The position numbers and the translations under genes are program-made. From Narcine bancroftii (Eukaryota), in NCBI RefSeq assembly GCF_036971445.1, contig NC_091469.1, forward strand, positions 370,450,001 through 370,514,000: a stretch of 64,000 nt of DNA. The letters are read 5' to 3'. The notes beneath the pieces were generated by a model. The model made no database searches. It saw only the letters and a program-made list of their open reading frames with translations, and was not told where the DNA came from. Below, piece after piece: positions 51,126 through 63,472 of this stretch (positions are counted from its first letter, which is position 1; each line of letters begins with the position of its first letter).

Positions 51126-54100
51126 TGTCATGATAATGAATATGTATGAGATGTACCGGAAGTCACGTGGTATGAGAGAGAGATGACAGCACGAGCAGGA
51201 GAACAAAGGAAACTGAAAAATAAAGACGCTGAGTAGTTTACCTGATAAAACTTGTGTTTGATGTTTTATTAACTTCACATTTCGGGCCACAAATGTGACA
51301 TTGGCGATGAGGATGAAAGAAGCTTGAAGAAAATTAAAGACTAAACAAGATTACAGAGGATTACAGACAACTTCAAGGTGATAAGAATTTTCTCTTTGAC
51401 TCAGTACTTTTGGGGCTGGAATATTTCCTCATGGCTGGGGCAGACGGTGACTTTCTAACGCATAGTGGAATTGCTCATTTTGACCCAACAGGTGATGCAA
51501 GCACTGTAAGTGTGAAGTGGAAGGCATGGCTGGAAGAATTTGAGTCCTACGCCGACAGTCGTGGCCTATTTATAGATACAGGTACAGTTGAACAAAAAGC
51601 GCAGAGGAGGGCGTTACTTCTTTTCACTGCGGGACCCGCAGTTCTGGAAACATTTAAGACACTTTTGAATACTGGAAGAAAGGATGAGTACCGGAAAGCA
51701 GTAGATGCATTAAATGCACACTATGTAGTGACACCGAATGCTACATTTCAACGCCATTTGTTTCGGAGAACGAGACAAGAAGATGGCCAGAAAATTGCTC
51801 AGTACGTGACGAGACTACGCCAGCTAGCTGTTGGATGCAATTACATGCCAGCTGATTTGGACAACCAATTATTGGATCAAGTTGTACAGCACTGTAGATC
51901 AGATAAACTCAGAAGACGTCTACTGGAAAGAGGGAGTGACTTGGAACTCACCGATGCTTTAACCATTGCTGCTGCATTAGAGGCTGTTGAAGGGCAATTT
52001 CATACCATGACCCTGAAAGACAACTCAAGCCAGCAAATTAAGAGGCTCTCACATCGCCATAACCAGCAAAGATATACGTCGACACAGGACGTGGAGTGTT
52101 ATCGATGTGGAAACCGAGGTCACTTTGGAAAAGACCCATATTGCCCGGCCAAAGGCAAAGTTTGCAGAAAGTGCGGAGGTAAAGACCATTTTGCAAAGAA
52201 GTGCAAAAGGAAGTCCAATGCAGACCAGAAGAGGAAGAGTACAACTTCCAAAGGCAAAGCCTGGGGGAAAGGAAAGTATCCTGGAAAGAAAGATACCATT
52301 CGCCAGATAGACGGTGACGATGATGATACCCAGGAGGAACAGAGTTGTTACCAATTTATGTTGAATGATGTACATCATGAGAAGGTCCCAGTGATCATTG
52401 GTGGAGTGACAGTGCAGGTCATTGTAGACTCAGGCAGTGACAGTAATGTGATTGATCGACATTTATGGGAGAAGTTGAAAAGGAAAAAGATCATCTGTAC
52501 CTCAAAGAAGTGTTCCAAGAAACTGTATCCATACACAGCAACCAAGCCATGCAGACCATTGGATGTTTTACTGCAACTGTTGAAGCTGGAGATAAGTACA
52601 CCGAAGCAGAGTTTATGGTCATAGAAGAGAGGGGAGAACCATTGCTGAGTAGAAGCACAGCGCAAGACCTGGCAATACTTCATATTGGAGCTTGTGTCAA
52701 TTCAATTCAGTCATACGAGGTAATGAAGCAAGAATTCCCCGCAGTCTTCCAAGGAGTAGGAAAGCTGAAAGGTCGACAATTGAAGCTAGTGGTAGATGAA
52801 ACGGTCAAACCCAAGGCACAACCAATGCGCCGAACTCCATTTGGACTTCGTGGGAAAGTCGAAGCCAAAATTAAAGAATTGATCGAACAAGACATTATAG
52901 AACTGGTGGAACATTCGACACAATGGGTCAGTCCCGTAGTGATTGTGCCCAAACCAAAGGGTGACATAAGACTATGTGTTGACATGAGAATGGCCAATGA
53001 AGCTATAATTAGAGAACGACACCCTATACCAACAGTGGAGGAAATACTTCAAGAACTAACTACCAGCAAGATATTCTCAAAAATTGATCTGAAATGGGGC
53101 TATCATCAATTAGAGCTGGATCCATGTTCCCGAGGTGTAACAACATTTGTGACTCACTGTGGATTGTATTGTTACAAGAGACTATCATTTGGAATTAATG
53201 CAGCTTCGGAGATCTACCAGTATAAAATCCATCGAGTGATTCAAGGCATTACTGGAGTTGCCAACATTTCTGACGACATCATAGTCCATGCACCAATGAA
53301 GGAAGAGCATGACAAACGGTTGAGGCGTGTACTATCTAGACTACAGGAGGCAGGCCTTACCGTGAATGGAAACAAGTGCCAGTTCGGTGTGTCAGAAATG
53401 GACTTCATGGGACACAGACTTACACGGGAAGGACTAAACCCTGAAGAGGCCAAGGTGAAAGCTATTGCAGAGGCACGTGCACCTTAGGACGCAACAGAGG
53501 TGAGGAGTTTCCTGGGATTGGTCAATTTTTGTGCAACGTTCATTCCTAATTTCGCTACAGTGGCAGAACCACTAAGGAAACTAACCAGGAAAGGTGTACC
53601 ATTTCATTTTGGATCTGAGCAGAAGAAAGCATTCACAGCGCTGAAGCAAAGCCTGACAGATGCAAAATCCCTTGGGTATTACGATCCGGCAGCATCAATC
53701 AAAGTCATAGCAGATGCCAGCCCAGTTGGTTTAGGAGCCGTGTTGGTTCAGATGCATGATGGAGGACCAAGAATCATTGCCTATGCCAGCAGATCGTTAT
53801 CAGATGTGGAAAGAAGATACTCTCAGACAGAGAAAGAAGCACTCGGACTTGTATGGGCCTGTGAGAGGTTCCATGCATATTTATACGGCATTGAATTTGA
53901 ACTCATCACAGATCATAAGCCATTAGAGGTGAGCTATGCACCTAGATCCAAACCATGTGCCAGAATAGAGAGATGGGTACTCAGACTACAACCCTACAAA
54001 TATAAAGTAATCCACATTGCAGGGAAAGCAAACATTGCAGATCTGCTGTCCAGATTGGTGAAGGTTGGTGGTCCACAATCCAAGTCAGAATTGGGAACAG

Positions 54101-55858
54101 AAACAGAGAGCGTTGTACGCTTCATAGCTATTCAGGCGACACCGAAAGCTGTGACTACGAAGGAAGTCGAGAGAGAATCGGAACGTGATCCAGAACTCTT
54201 GGAAGTAAGAGAATGCATACAGAGTGGACAATGGGACAAGTGTACTCACAAGGCTTACATTCCCATTAGAGACGAACTTTGTTGCATCGGACAGTGTGTA
54301 TTAAGAGGTTGCAGATTGGTGATACCACAAAGATTGAGACCGAAGATCGTATCCTTAGCGCATGAAGGACACCTAGGTATTGTTGGTACCAAGCAAAACC
54401 TCAGGACCAAGGTATGGTGGCCAGGTTGTGATAAAGACGCAGAGAAATTTGTTAAAACTTGTCACGGATGTCAAATCACAAGTAGGAGTAATCCGCCAGA
54501 ACCGATCCGGAGTACGCAACTCCCGACAGGACCATGGATCGACATAGCTGTTGATTTTCTTGGACCTTTACCGACAGGTGAATCAATTATGGTAGTGATA
54601 GATTACTACAGCAGATACTATGAATACGTGGTGTTGAAGTCCACAACCACTGAAAAAACAATACAAGCGTTTGCAGAGATATTCGCAAGATATGGATTAC
54701 CTGTTACATTATACTCTGACAATGGTCCACAATTCATTTCAGAGACATTTGCGGAATACATGAGGACCACAGGTATCCACCATCATAAAGTAAGTCCGAA
54801 ATGGCCGCAAGCCAACGGAGAAGTAGAGAGACAAAATCAATCCATTGAAAAACGATTGAGGATTGCACACGCAGAAGGACAAAATTGGCGAGAAGCATTG
54901 CTATCTTATGTGGCTATCTATCGAGCAACACCTCATGCAACCACTGGAAAAAGTCCTGCAGAAGCATTTTTTGGGAGAAAAATCCGCACAAAAATGCCAG
55001 AAATAAAGGAAATCCGAGACGACCAGGAGATGAGGGACCACGATGCTGAAAAGAAAGGTGCAGCAAAGCTGTACACAGATTCGAAACGTGGAGCCAAGTA
55101 CTCAGACATCATGCCAGGAGATAATGTTCTAGTGAGGCATGAAACTGGTGGTAAGCTAGACACACCTTATTACCATCAACTCTATACTGTCGTATCCAGA
55201 AGTGGCAGTATGGTGACAGTCAAGTCTCCGACTGGAGTCCTGTATAAGAGAAATGTATCAGGTGTAAAAAGGTACCAGTCCAGAGATACATCGAGCGAAG
55301 AGGTTGAAAGGCCAATACGAGATGCTGAAACTGAGAGACCTGATGATGTTCCAGAGGCAGTTACCAGCACTCCTGATGAAGTGACTAGAGCGCCAGAAAC
55401 ACCCGAAGCCATGGCGAGCAGTATTTTCGATGCTGAGAGTGAACAACCGAGAAGCGACGACAATATCGCAGGCAGGCCGAAACGAAACGAAGACTTTGTG
55501 CCATGGTTTTAATAAGAACTTTGGGACAGTATTTAATCTTATATCATAAAGTGCATGTATGAGTGCTGTAGGAAGTAAATTTTATGTAGTTGAGTTATAG
55601 TATTACCATTAGTTACGATGTTTGTATGTTTCCGAGGGATATTGGTAAGTGAAGGTAAAGTTTATTTCTGATTAAAGGAGGGATGTCATGATAATGAACA
55701 TGTATGAGATGTACCGGAAGTCACGTGGTATGAGAGAGAGATGAGAGCACAAGCAGGAGAACAAAGGAAACTGGAAAATAAAGACACTGAGTACTTTACC
55801 TGATAAAACTTGTGTTTGATGTTTTATTAACTTCACATTTCGGGCCACAAATGTGACA
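51126..55858 (+). mobile_element. Full-length, nearly intact Ty3/Gypsy (Mag-like) LTR retrotransposon, 4733 bp
   Basis: LTRs 51126-51300 and 55684-55858 (175 bp, TG...CA, 6 substitutions); TSD ggcag at 51121-51125 and 55859-55863; PBS tggcgatgaggatg (tRNA-Ser(GCU)-like) at 51302; PPT aaaggaggga. Confidence 0.97.
51431..55512 (+). pseudogene. gag-pol polyprotein of the Gypsy element, broken by one frameshift (~52550) and one stop (53485-53487)
   Basis: Two CCHC knuckles (CYRCGNRGH...C, CRKCGGKDHFAKKC), protease VDSG, RT LCVDMR/KIDLKWGYHQ/NISDD, RNase H DAS...YSQTEKEAL, integrase H-H-C-C plus VDF/SDNG/GEVER. Confidence 0.93.
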
Positions 55859-56844
55859 GGCAGTTGTCTCTTTCTTTGTTTGACCAAGGCAGGGCTAAAT
55901 TCCTGGTGAAACATTACTTTTACATTGTCCACCACTAATGAGCCATTATTATTTTTTGAATATTCATACGTTGCTCCCAAGATCGGATCTCTCTCCCGAC
56001 AACTTAAAAGTCCTACCAGGACTGGTCATGGTCACTGTTCACCAGTTCTTCTGGGTCCAAGGGTCTGGTGAGCCCTTTCAATTTGCAGCTTTGCATTTAA
56101 TTTATTTTGTCCCACCATTTGTGGGACCCATGTTTCAAAGAAACTCACCGCGTCTTTTCCCTCCATTCCTTCTCTCAGTCCAATGATTCTTACATTGTTA
56201 CATTTGCCAACATTTTCCATATGGTCGATCTTCTCCATCCGTCTTTTCTGTGTCTCATATATTTGCTTTTTCATCTAGTGCCTTCAGCCTGTCTTTTGTT
56301 TTGTTCAGCTCAGCATCTGAATGAGTCATTCATTCATTTAAGTCACCCACAACTTTCTTAATTTCTATGACTTTCTCTGCTACATCTCTCATTACTGATT
56401 CCATACTCGTAAAATGACGGCATAAAGTTTCCAATATGTTAAGGGTGGAGGCTATATCTCCCCAGCTCTGATGGCTTCAGCCAGTTCCAAAGCCCCTGCT
56501 GAGTCCCTCCTCATCAGGCTTCCACTTGATGTTCCTGGCTAAGCTATTACTTCTTCAGTTTTTGTTTTTGGATGCCTCAGTCATTTAGTACTTGTTTTTA
56601 TCCATTTTTGACAATAAAGTTCTGGGGAGTTATTAAACGATTTTAATAATTTTTGTGGAGAGCTCTTTCAAAACTCCTACTCAGCTCATTAGCATGGGCA
56701 CTCCCCCAACTCTCAGGACAATTTGATGAAATTATTTCATGCGGCTTGGTTGCTAATCAGTTTCAATGGAGTGTTGATTCAAGTAGAATTTCTGTTTTTA
56801 GTGTATTAAATGCAAGATCCTCGACTAGCTTTTATTTAGTCCAA

Positions 56845-57050
56845 TGCTATTACAGTGCCAATGACCCTGGTTCAAATCTGGCACTATCTGTAAGAAGTTT
56901 GCATGTTCTCCCCATGTTTATATGGGTTTTCCTAGGCACTCCAGATTCCTCCACCCTCAAAAAATGTATGGGGTTTGTAGGTTAATTGGTAGTATTGGGT
57001 GGGACAGGCTTGTGCGGCTGAAAGGCCTATTACTGTTCTGTATCTCTATT
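56845..57050 (+). mobile_element. HE1/V-SINE-like element
   Basis: ggttcaaatctgg; agaagtttgcatgttctccccatgtttatatgggttttcctaggcactccagattcctcc; CR1-like tail. Confidence 0.8.
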
Positions 57051-57669
57051 TTTAAAATTAGGTTAATGCAGCATTCAGTTGCTTTAAGCTATGGGGCCTT
57101 TAGTAGTAGGGATCTAAAAGAGAAAGCGCAGAAAGCAGGACAATGTGTCAGAGGATGTATGTGGAGCAGACCAGGATGATCAACTGTTCTGCATCTAATT
57201 CAACCAGGAATAATTCAGAGAGTGTCTCATTATTGCTTCCCCGCCAGCACAGCTGTCAAAACCACAACTGCAAAGTGAGGATTGCTTTTCCAGTGGCTCC
57301 TATGATCACAGTAACCATTAACTTGGACAGGTCGGGCTGCCTCCAAGTTGAAGCTGAATATATCTACATCATGTACCAACTATCCAACCATTGTATGGTG
57401 TTATGGTAGCCACGATGCGTTCTAAGTCTCCTATGTAAAACAGTAGGCAGCATGTGAGTTTATCTGGAGTGCAGTCTTCCCAACGGAGCCCCCAGATCAC
57501 ATAGATAACCATGTCGGAAGGTGTATTTACTGTCCTGAACTATGTTTATGAAGTCCTTGACATTTACAATGATGTTTCATCTTTGCAATTATCGCCAGCC
57601 ACATACATCTAAGGTAAACCTTCTCATTGTCTTCCTGCAGAAAGACTTAGATACAGAGAATTAATTGGA

Positions 57670-58212
57670 ACATTGAACATTGAAGAGTACAGTAGAATAG
57701 GCCCTTCAGCCCATAACATCTGCATCAAATATGATGTCAAATTTAAGTAAATCCCTGCTGATTGCACATATATGTCTTCTATTTCCTCTACATTCATGTC
57801 TATCAAGATGCCTCTTCAATATTATTGTTGTATCTGCTTCCACCATGACATTTGCAGCCCAATCCAAGCACCTACCTCTCTCTGTATATAAAAAAAATAT
57901 TTTTCCCATCACATTAAATGCACTGTGTGTCCTCTAGTATATGATATTTACTCTGGGAGAAAGATTCTGACTGCCTACCTTATCTTTGCCTCTCATAATT
58001 TTATAAGCTAAAAACAGGGCTCTCCATATACCTCTGACACTCCAAAGAAAACATCCCAAATTTGTCCAACCTCTCCCTGTGGCCCTCATACCCTCTAATC
58101 CAGGTAGTATTCTGATAAATCTCCTCTGCTCTATTTCTAAACTCTCCACATGCTTGCTGTAACCAGAATTGCATACAATACTCCAAGTACAACCTGAACA
58201 AAGTTTTATATA
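57670..58212 (-). mobile_element. CR1 3' fragment
   Basis: LYLEYCMQFW, QRRFIRILPGL, TFAAQS region; tail ggcccttcagccc. Confidence 0.8.
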
Positions 58213-58674
58213 AGAAAGGACTGTTTGTTTAAATACCAGGCAAATAAAAACAGTAAATTTTCAGGGTGCAACTCAACAATGCCATCTTCTCTCCAGAAGC
58301 CCGACTGGGCAATTCCTGTCACGTATCTCTTGAACTGTGAGTTTGGATGAGTGTCTAATGATTTCTTTCTCCTGTCACACCATTTAAAAGAAATCTGAAT
58401 GAGGTTGGATCACAGTCTTCTGAACTTCATCATTGAGCAGATTACCCCTCGACACAAGCATTCATCTCTGCTGTGTTGGCTAAGAATCATGTTTGTGTGA
58501 TCATCAATGAACATCTCTACTCTGGTGACACTGGCAAAGAGTCACTGATTAAACTGCTGAAGGTACTTAGGATTAGGACACTGCCCTAGGCAATCGCTGT
58601 GCTGATATCCTTGAGCTGGAAACACAGTCCCAACTGTAGCTAACTTCTTTTGCGTGCGGTGTGCTTTCTACCAT

Positions 58675-58890
58675 CTTTAGACATACAGCATGGTAAAAGG
58701 TCCTTCCGGTCCACAAGCCCATGCTGCCCAATTGATCTACAAATCTGGTATGTTTTGAAGGGTGTGAGGAAACTGGAGCACCCGGAGGAAACCCATGCAG
58801 TCAGAGGGAGAATGTACAAACTCCTTTCAGACAGTGCCAGATTCGAACCCAGGTCATGGCACTGTGACAGCATTGCGCTAACTGCTGTGC
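58675..58890 (-). mobile_element. HE1/V-SINE-like element
   Basis: gaggaaactggagcacccggaggaaacccatgcagtcagagggagaatgtacaaactcc...gattcgaaccc. Confidence 0.85.
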
Positions 58891-59252
58891 TGGCATATTC
58901 CAAGCTGAGCACCACTGAGTGAGTTATTAGTGAATAATTGCAACTTAAAAGAACTGTCAATTACATTTTTCATTATATTTCTGCAGCTAATGACCACAGA
59001 AACATAAAACTACAATGCCATTTCAACAGGAAAAAGTCTTTACCAATGGTACTAATCTGGTCAATCCTTTGGTACTGACATAGAGCTGAAGTATAACAGG
59101 CCTGGCAGATCCTGCAGGGACCCTAATCAGAAGTCATTAAAATGCTCACAAGAAAAGTCCAGATTCATAAAGATTTTGAAGGGACCTAAACTTTCTTCTT
59201 TAGCTCTCCAAGCTCTAATGACTCATGAGGCTAAGTTTTATCTGAGCTCTGG

Positions 59253-59390
59253 NNNNNNNNNNNNNNNNNNNNNNNNNNNNNNNNNNNNNNNNNNNNNNNN
59301 NNNNNNNNNNNNNNNNNNNNNNNNNNNNNNNNNNNNNNNNNNNNNNNNNNNNNNNNNNNNNNNNNNNNNNNNNNNNNNNNNNNNNNNNNN
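59253..59390. other. Assembly gap (138 N)
   Basis: Run of n characters. Confidence 1.
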
Positions 59391-59418
59391 ATTAAAGAAA
59401 ATTAGGAAAAAAAAACAA

Positions 59419-59900
59419 TGGATCTCTGGTCTGTACCTCTAGAGACCCTAGAGCCAACTACTACAAAGAAACACACACATACAGAGTGTGGCAGGTTAAG
59501 CTCACTCTTTATTAGGGCTGGAAAGGCTGCTTTTATACTGTTCAAGTTCCCGCCGATTTTGCTGATTGACTGAGTCATCCACATGAATAACAAGAGAGCG
59601 GGAACATCCATGCATATGAATGCCCTTCTACCCCAGCTTCTTTCTGCTGAGTTAGCTGGGCAGCTTGACCAATGGCATTTTAGGGCTGTTGGTCTGATGC
59701 TGCCCCAGCTTCTACCCCCGCCGGTTCGTTGTCCTGGGAGTCGCTTTAGCGATCCCTGTCCGCGTCTGCTGCCCAATCTCCGCAATTGCGGACTCCCACA
59801 ACCCATACCTGGTAGAGGCATTGACAATCATCCCCTGTCAGCTTCTCAGGCAAGTTAACTTTGTCAGCTTCCCCACTCCACTCTACCTGCCCTGGTGCAC
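59419..59900 (-). mobile_element. Probable solo LTR, antisense
   Basis: ctttatt and ttttatac, i.e. AATAAA and TATAAAA on the minus strand in LTR order; GC/CpG-rich body; ends not resolved. Confidence 0.55.
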
Positions 59901-60879
59901 GGTAACTCTCCTCAGTAGTAAATTGGATCCCTGTCTGTGAATGAAGAAATGTATACCTGTTCCCTGAAGCATCTCTACATCACTTGCAGGCGGGTACTGT
60001 GACTGTCCTTCATAGATTTTAGCTGCACAGTTAAATGCAAGATGCTGTGTGAAATTAATTTGGTCACAGTATTCTTGAGTGTTTCTTCCCTTGTTGAGGA
60101 TTGTTATCTCTTAAACATGTGCTTGTACTGCTCTGCTGAGATTGCATTTGGAAACTGCTCCTTTTTCATTATGTATTATATTTTCAGGATGTGAGAGTAA
60201 AGCCAGCATGTATTGGCCATCTTCTGGGAACTGGTGCATACTTTTTGATAAAGAAGCTCCCTGTACTGTTGGGTAGGGAGCTCAAGAATTTAGACCCAGA
60301 AGTAAAAGACCACCAAATAAGGTTTTGCAGGGGAACCCACGAGAAATAGTGCTTCCCTGTGTTTGCACCCCTGTTCCTTGTGAATGGTCAAGGTTTCAGC
60401 TGTCAGAATAACTTGAATGAGCAACTACAATGCTTTTTGTAGGTGGTCCATAATGTAGCCATAGTGCTTCGGCTGGGGTCAACCTGTTTAGGTTGGTGTA
60501 TAGGGTGCTAATAAAACAAATCTATTCTTTCCTGTTTGTAACAGTTGAAGCTGCAGTCCACCAGGAAGGTGAAAATATCCCTTCACAGTCCTGATGTGTC
60601 TTCCATAGAGGGATAGGAGGTGAATCACGTTGATGAATGTTCTGCTCTTGTAGCCACAATATCTAAATGGCTGATTGAATTGCATTTCTGGTTAAAGGTG
60701 AATTCCCACAGTCTGATCCCACTAGGATGTTGAATGTCAAAGCTTGGTGATAGGATTCTCCATCAGCAGAAATGGTCGTTCATGCTATACAAGTGCCAGC
60801 AAAGCCATTGCAATTGTTCAGCCCATGTCTGGGTCCTGCTGCATACAGGAATGGACTGCTTCATTTTCTTATGAACAGA

Positions 60880-61595
60880 CATTTTCTGATGTCAATGGTA
60901 AGTCAAACCAGGGACGGACTTGTGCAGTAAATGGCAGGGCACTAGGGAGCATTTTAGAACAGAAATACAGGTGCATAGTTCCTTGAAAGAGGTGATGCAG
61001 GTAAACAGCATGCTTGCCTTCATTAGTCAGGGCATGAGTACAGGAGTTAGGACATCTGATGTTACAGTTGTATAATATATTGGTAAGGCCACATTTTAAG
61101 TATTTTGTGCAATACTAGTTGTTTAACTTCAGGAAGGATGTTATTAAACTAGAAAGGGTGAAAACAAGATTCACAAAGATATTTCCAGAGAGGTCAAAAG
61201 AAGCCAGAACGTTTTTTAATGGGTGCATAGGAGGTTGAATGGTAAGCATATCGAGGTATGTAAAATTATGATGGGCATAGAAAAGGTGCATTGTCACATC
61301 TTTTCCCCAGAGTAGGAGAGTCTAAAACCAGAGGAGGAAAAGATTTAAAAGGACCTAAGAGACAACTATTTTGCACAGAGGCTGATAAGTATGTGGAACA
61401 GGCTACCAGAAGAAGAGATAAAGGTGAGTACAAGTAAGTCATTTAAAAGAAATTTGGACAGGTAAATGTATTGGAAAGGTTTAGAGGGTTATTGAACAAA
61501 TACATGCAAATGGGACTATCTTAAATTGGCAGCTTGGTCAGCATGAGCTGGGCTGAATGGCCTGTTCCCATGTAAATTTGCTTCGGTGACTCTGA
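60880..61595 (+). mobile_element. CR1 3' fragment
   Basis: tggtaaggccacattttaagtattttgtgcaa; gggctgaatggcctgttccc tail. Confidence 0.8.
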
Positions 61596-62099
61596 CTTTG
61601 CAAGCAGTCTGACAGGCTAGTACTAACTTACTTCTAGCCACATAAAGTAGAAAGTAGAATAGAATGGTTGTATTTTATGAGAAGGAGAATCACCTAGGAG
61701 GTCACAAGTTTTCACTGGGCTTCACAGGCACCATCTAGTTCCAGGATACAAATAGTCTCTACTGCTCTGCCCTATTCAATCATCTTGGACATCTCTTTAA
61801 AAAAACTCAAATTTGTGAGACACGCTTTCTCAAACACAAAGCTATGTAAACTTTTAAAAAGGGTCCTAAGCAGAAACTGTCCATTTCTCTGGAGGTAAAC
61901 AAAAGAAATCTGCAGAAGCTGGTGTTGAGTGTAATACACAAATGTGCTGGTAAAACTCAAGCAGGTTACATAGCATCTATGAGAAGGTAAAGCCAGTTAA
62001 TGGTTCAGGCCTAAGTCCATTGTCAGGAATTTCATTTCTCTCCATGGATCAAACCTGACCTGCCAAGTCCCACCAGCTTCTCTCTTTGTTCCTCTTTTT

Positions 62100-63065
62100 A
62101 CAATCTGAATTTGTCTCTTTATTGTTTTCCTACCTTCCACTGCCTATACCCGACACATGTTTCCATTTTTCTGATCAAATCCAACCAGGGTTTGCTCAAC
62201 CTGACTGCCTTGCCCTTCATCTAACAAAATGTATTATTGTGGAACTCTCCACATTTCACTTTTAAAAGCCTCCCACTTGCAAAATATTCTTGTACAGTAA
62301 ACCACCTTTCCCAAGTTCTTGTCTAATGCCATCAAAACTTACCTTGCCCCAATTTGACCTGTGGATCAGTCCTATTTTTTTCAGAACTATTTAAAAACCT
62401 GCTCCCAAAGTGTTTCCCTGCTGAAATTCTGTAATTTGTTCTGCCTCATTTTCCCATAGGAGATCCAGTGTTGACCCCCACCACCACCCCCCCCCCACCT
62501 CTCTAGCTGAGCTAGGAAAAATTTCCTCGACACGTTGAAGAAATTTTGCCCTATCCAAGCTCATTGAACTATAGCAGCCCCAATCAACTTTAGAGTTAAA
62601 ATCATCTACTATTACAATCCTATTATTCTTATAGTTATCTACGATACCCCTACTTATTGGCTCTTCTCATTCCCACTGACGATTGGGAGGGTGTGAAGTG
62701 CCAGTTGATGAAGTAGACAAAGAAAATGTGGTCGAACAATAATCATGGCTTTTATTAGCAGAAACTAACGGTACAATAATGAAAGACAATGTTATACACA
62801 GTTATACCCAAGGGGAGTGTCCTTAACAGTAGAGATAATGCACAGCCAATGTTAATACAGCAAGGCTCGCTGAAGGGAAGACAGACAGCTTAGTAGAGAT
62901 TCACCACAGGGTGGCTACATTTCAATCCCATCAAAATCATCTTATTTCTAAGGTCCACCCATCTAGTGTCCCTGGATGATCACCCAGCAACATCCTCTCC
63001 ATGTACTGTCAAGATCTTCTTCTCCATCATCAAAAATGCAACTAACCCTTTTCTCTTACCTCACC
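62100..63065 (-). mobile_element. Decayed CR1 endonuclease-region fragment
   Basis: Same character as 15000-15700 (aagttcttgtctaatgcc, ctactattacaatccta); interrupted by a solo LTR. Confidence 0.6.
62694..62908 (-). mobile_element. Solo LTR, 215 bp, with 5-bp TSD
   Basis: TG...CA termini (tgaagtg...caccaca); TSD gggtg at 62689-62693 and 62909-62913; minus-strand AATAAA (ttttatt). Confidence 0.75.
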
Positions 63066-63344
63066 TCTATCATTTAGTAGGTGAAAATCTGCTGCACTGA
63101 GTTTGAAAGAAGTTAGGTGATCTGTACCTGTCCACGTTCTCCCATGATTTTATCATTCAGAGGTGGTTAACACCAAAGGATAATCCACATGATTCAAATC
63201 TGGAATGACTGCTAATTAACCTATATGTTTTCTTTCATGTTAGTTGGGTTTTAATGTAAATGTAGGCCTGAACTCTAGGAGTAGGTGAATGATTTTTTTT
63301 GCATAAATTCAGTCAACTGACAAGCTGTTTAATTTCATAAACAG

Positions 63345-63472
63345 AAAAATACAAAGGTCGAGGAAAAGCAGAAACACACTTCAGTTCAGCTCGTAGGCGG
63401 AGCCGGGCTGTTCTTTATCACATCTCTGGCCACCTACAAAAGCGAGAAAAGAACAAGCTGAAGATTAATAAT
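63345..63472 (+). CDS. KCNH8: KCNH8 internal coding exon, probably exon 4; PAS-to-S1 linker
   Basis: Acceptor tttcataaacag|, donor AAT|gtaagt; 128 nt, phase 1 to phase 0, in frame with the exon at 22522-22653. Translates (E)[42 protein letters not shown], the ELK-subfamily signature, closest to KCNH8 as recalled. Confidence 0.95.

Larger units (their letters stand above)
47682..56707 (-). mobile_element. Decayed L1-clade LINE (second family) hosting nested RTE, solo LTR and Gypsy insertions
   Basis: ORF1 NNVRIIGLREGMEG...IERAH (56032-56274) continues at 55864-56030 and below 51120 (YSMIYPAMLRV). ORF2 endonuclease motifs (GGDFNF, LSDHSPL) at ~49500-50320; C-terminal region at 48500-49100; RT core apparently deleted near 49110; T-rich tail at ~47682. 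Confidence 0.85.
22654..63344 (+). other. KCNH8: KCNH8 intron (40,691 bp, GT-AG), TE-rich
   Basis: Bounded by the two exons with compatible phase; no intervening channel-coding sequence recognised. Confidence 0.85.

Noticed and set aside
59402-59858. Overlapping 141-aa and 91-aa ORFs next to the gap
   Set aside because: GC-rich LTR-like sequence with no protein motif.
63381-63460. Apparent minus-strand terminal exon (ttttctcgcttttgtag|GTGGCCAGAG...[16 protein letters not shown])
   Set aside because: It is the reverse complement of the KCNH8 exon; the pyrimidine tract is simply the antisense of its Lys/Glu/Arg codons.
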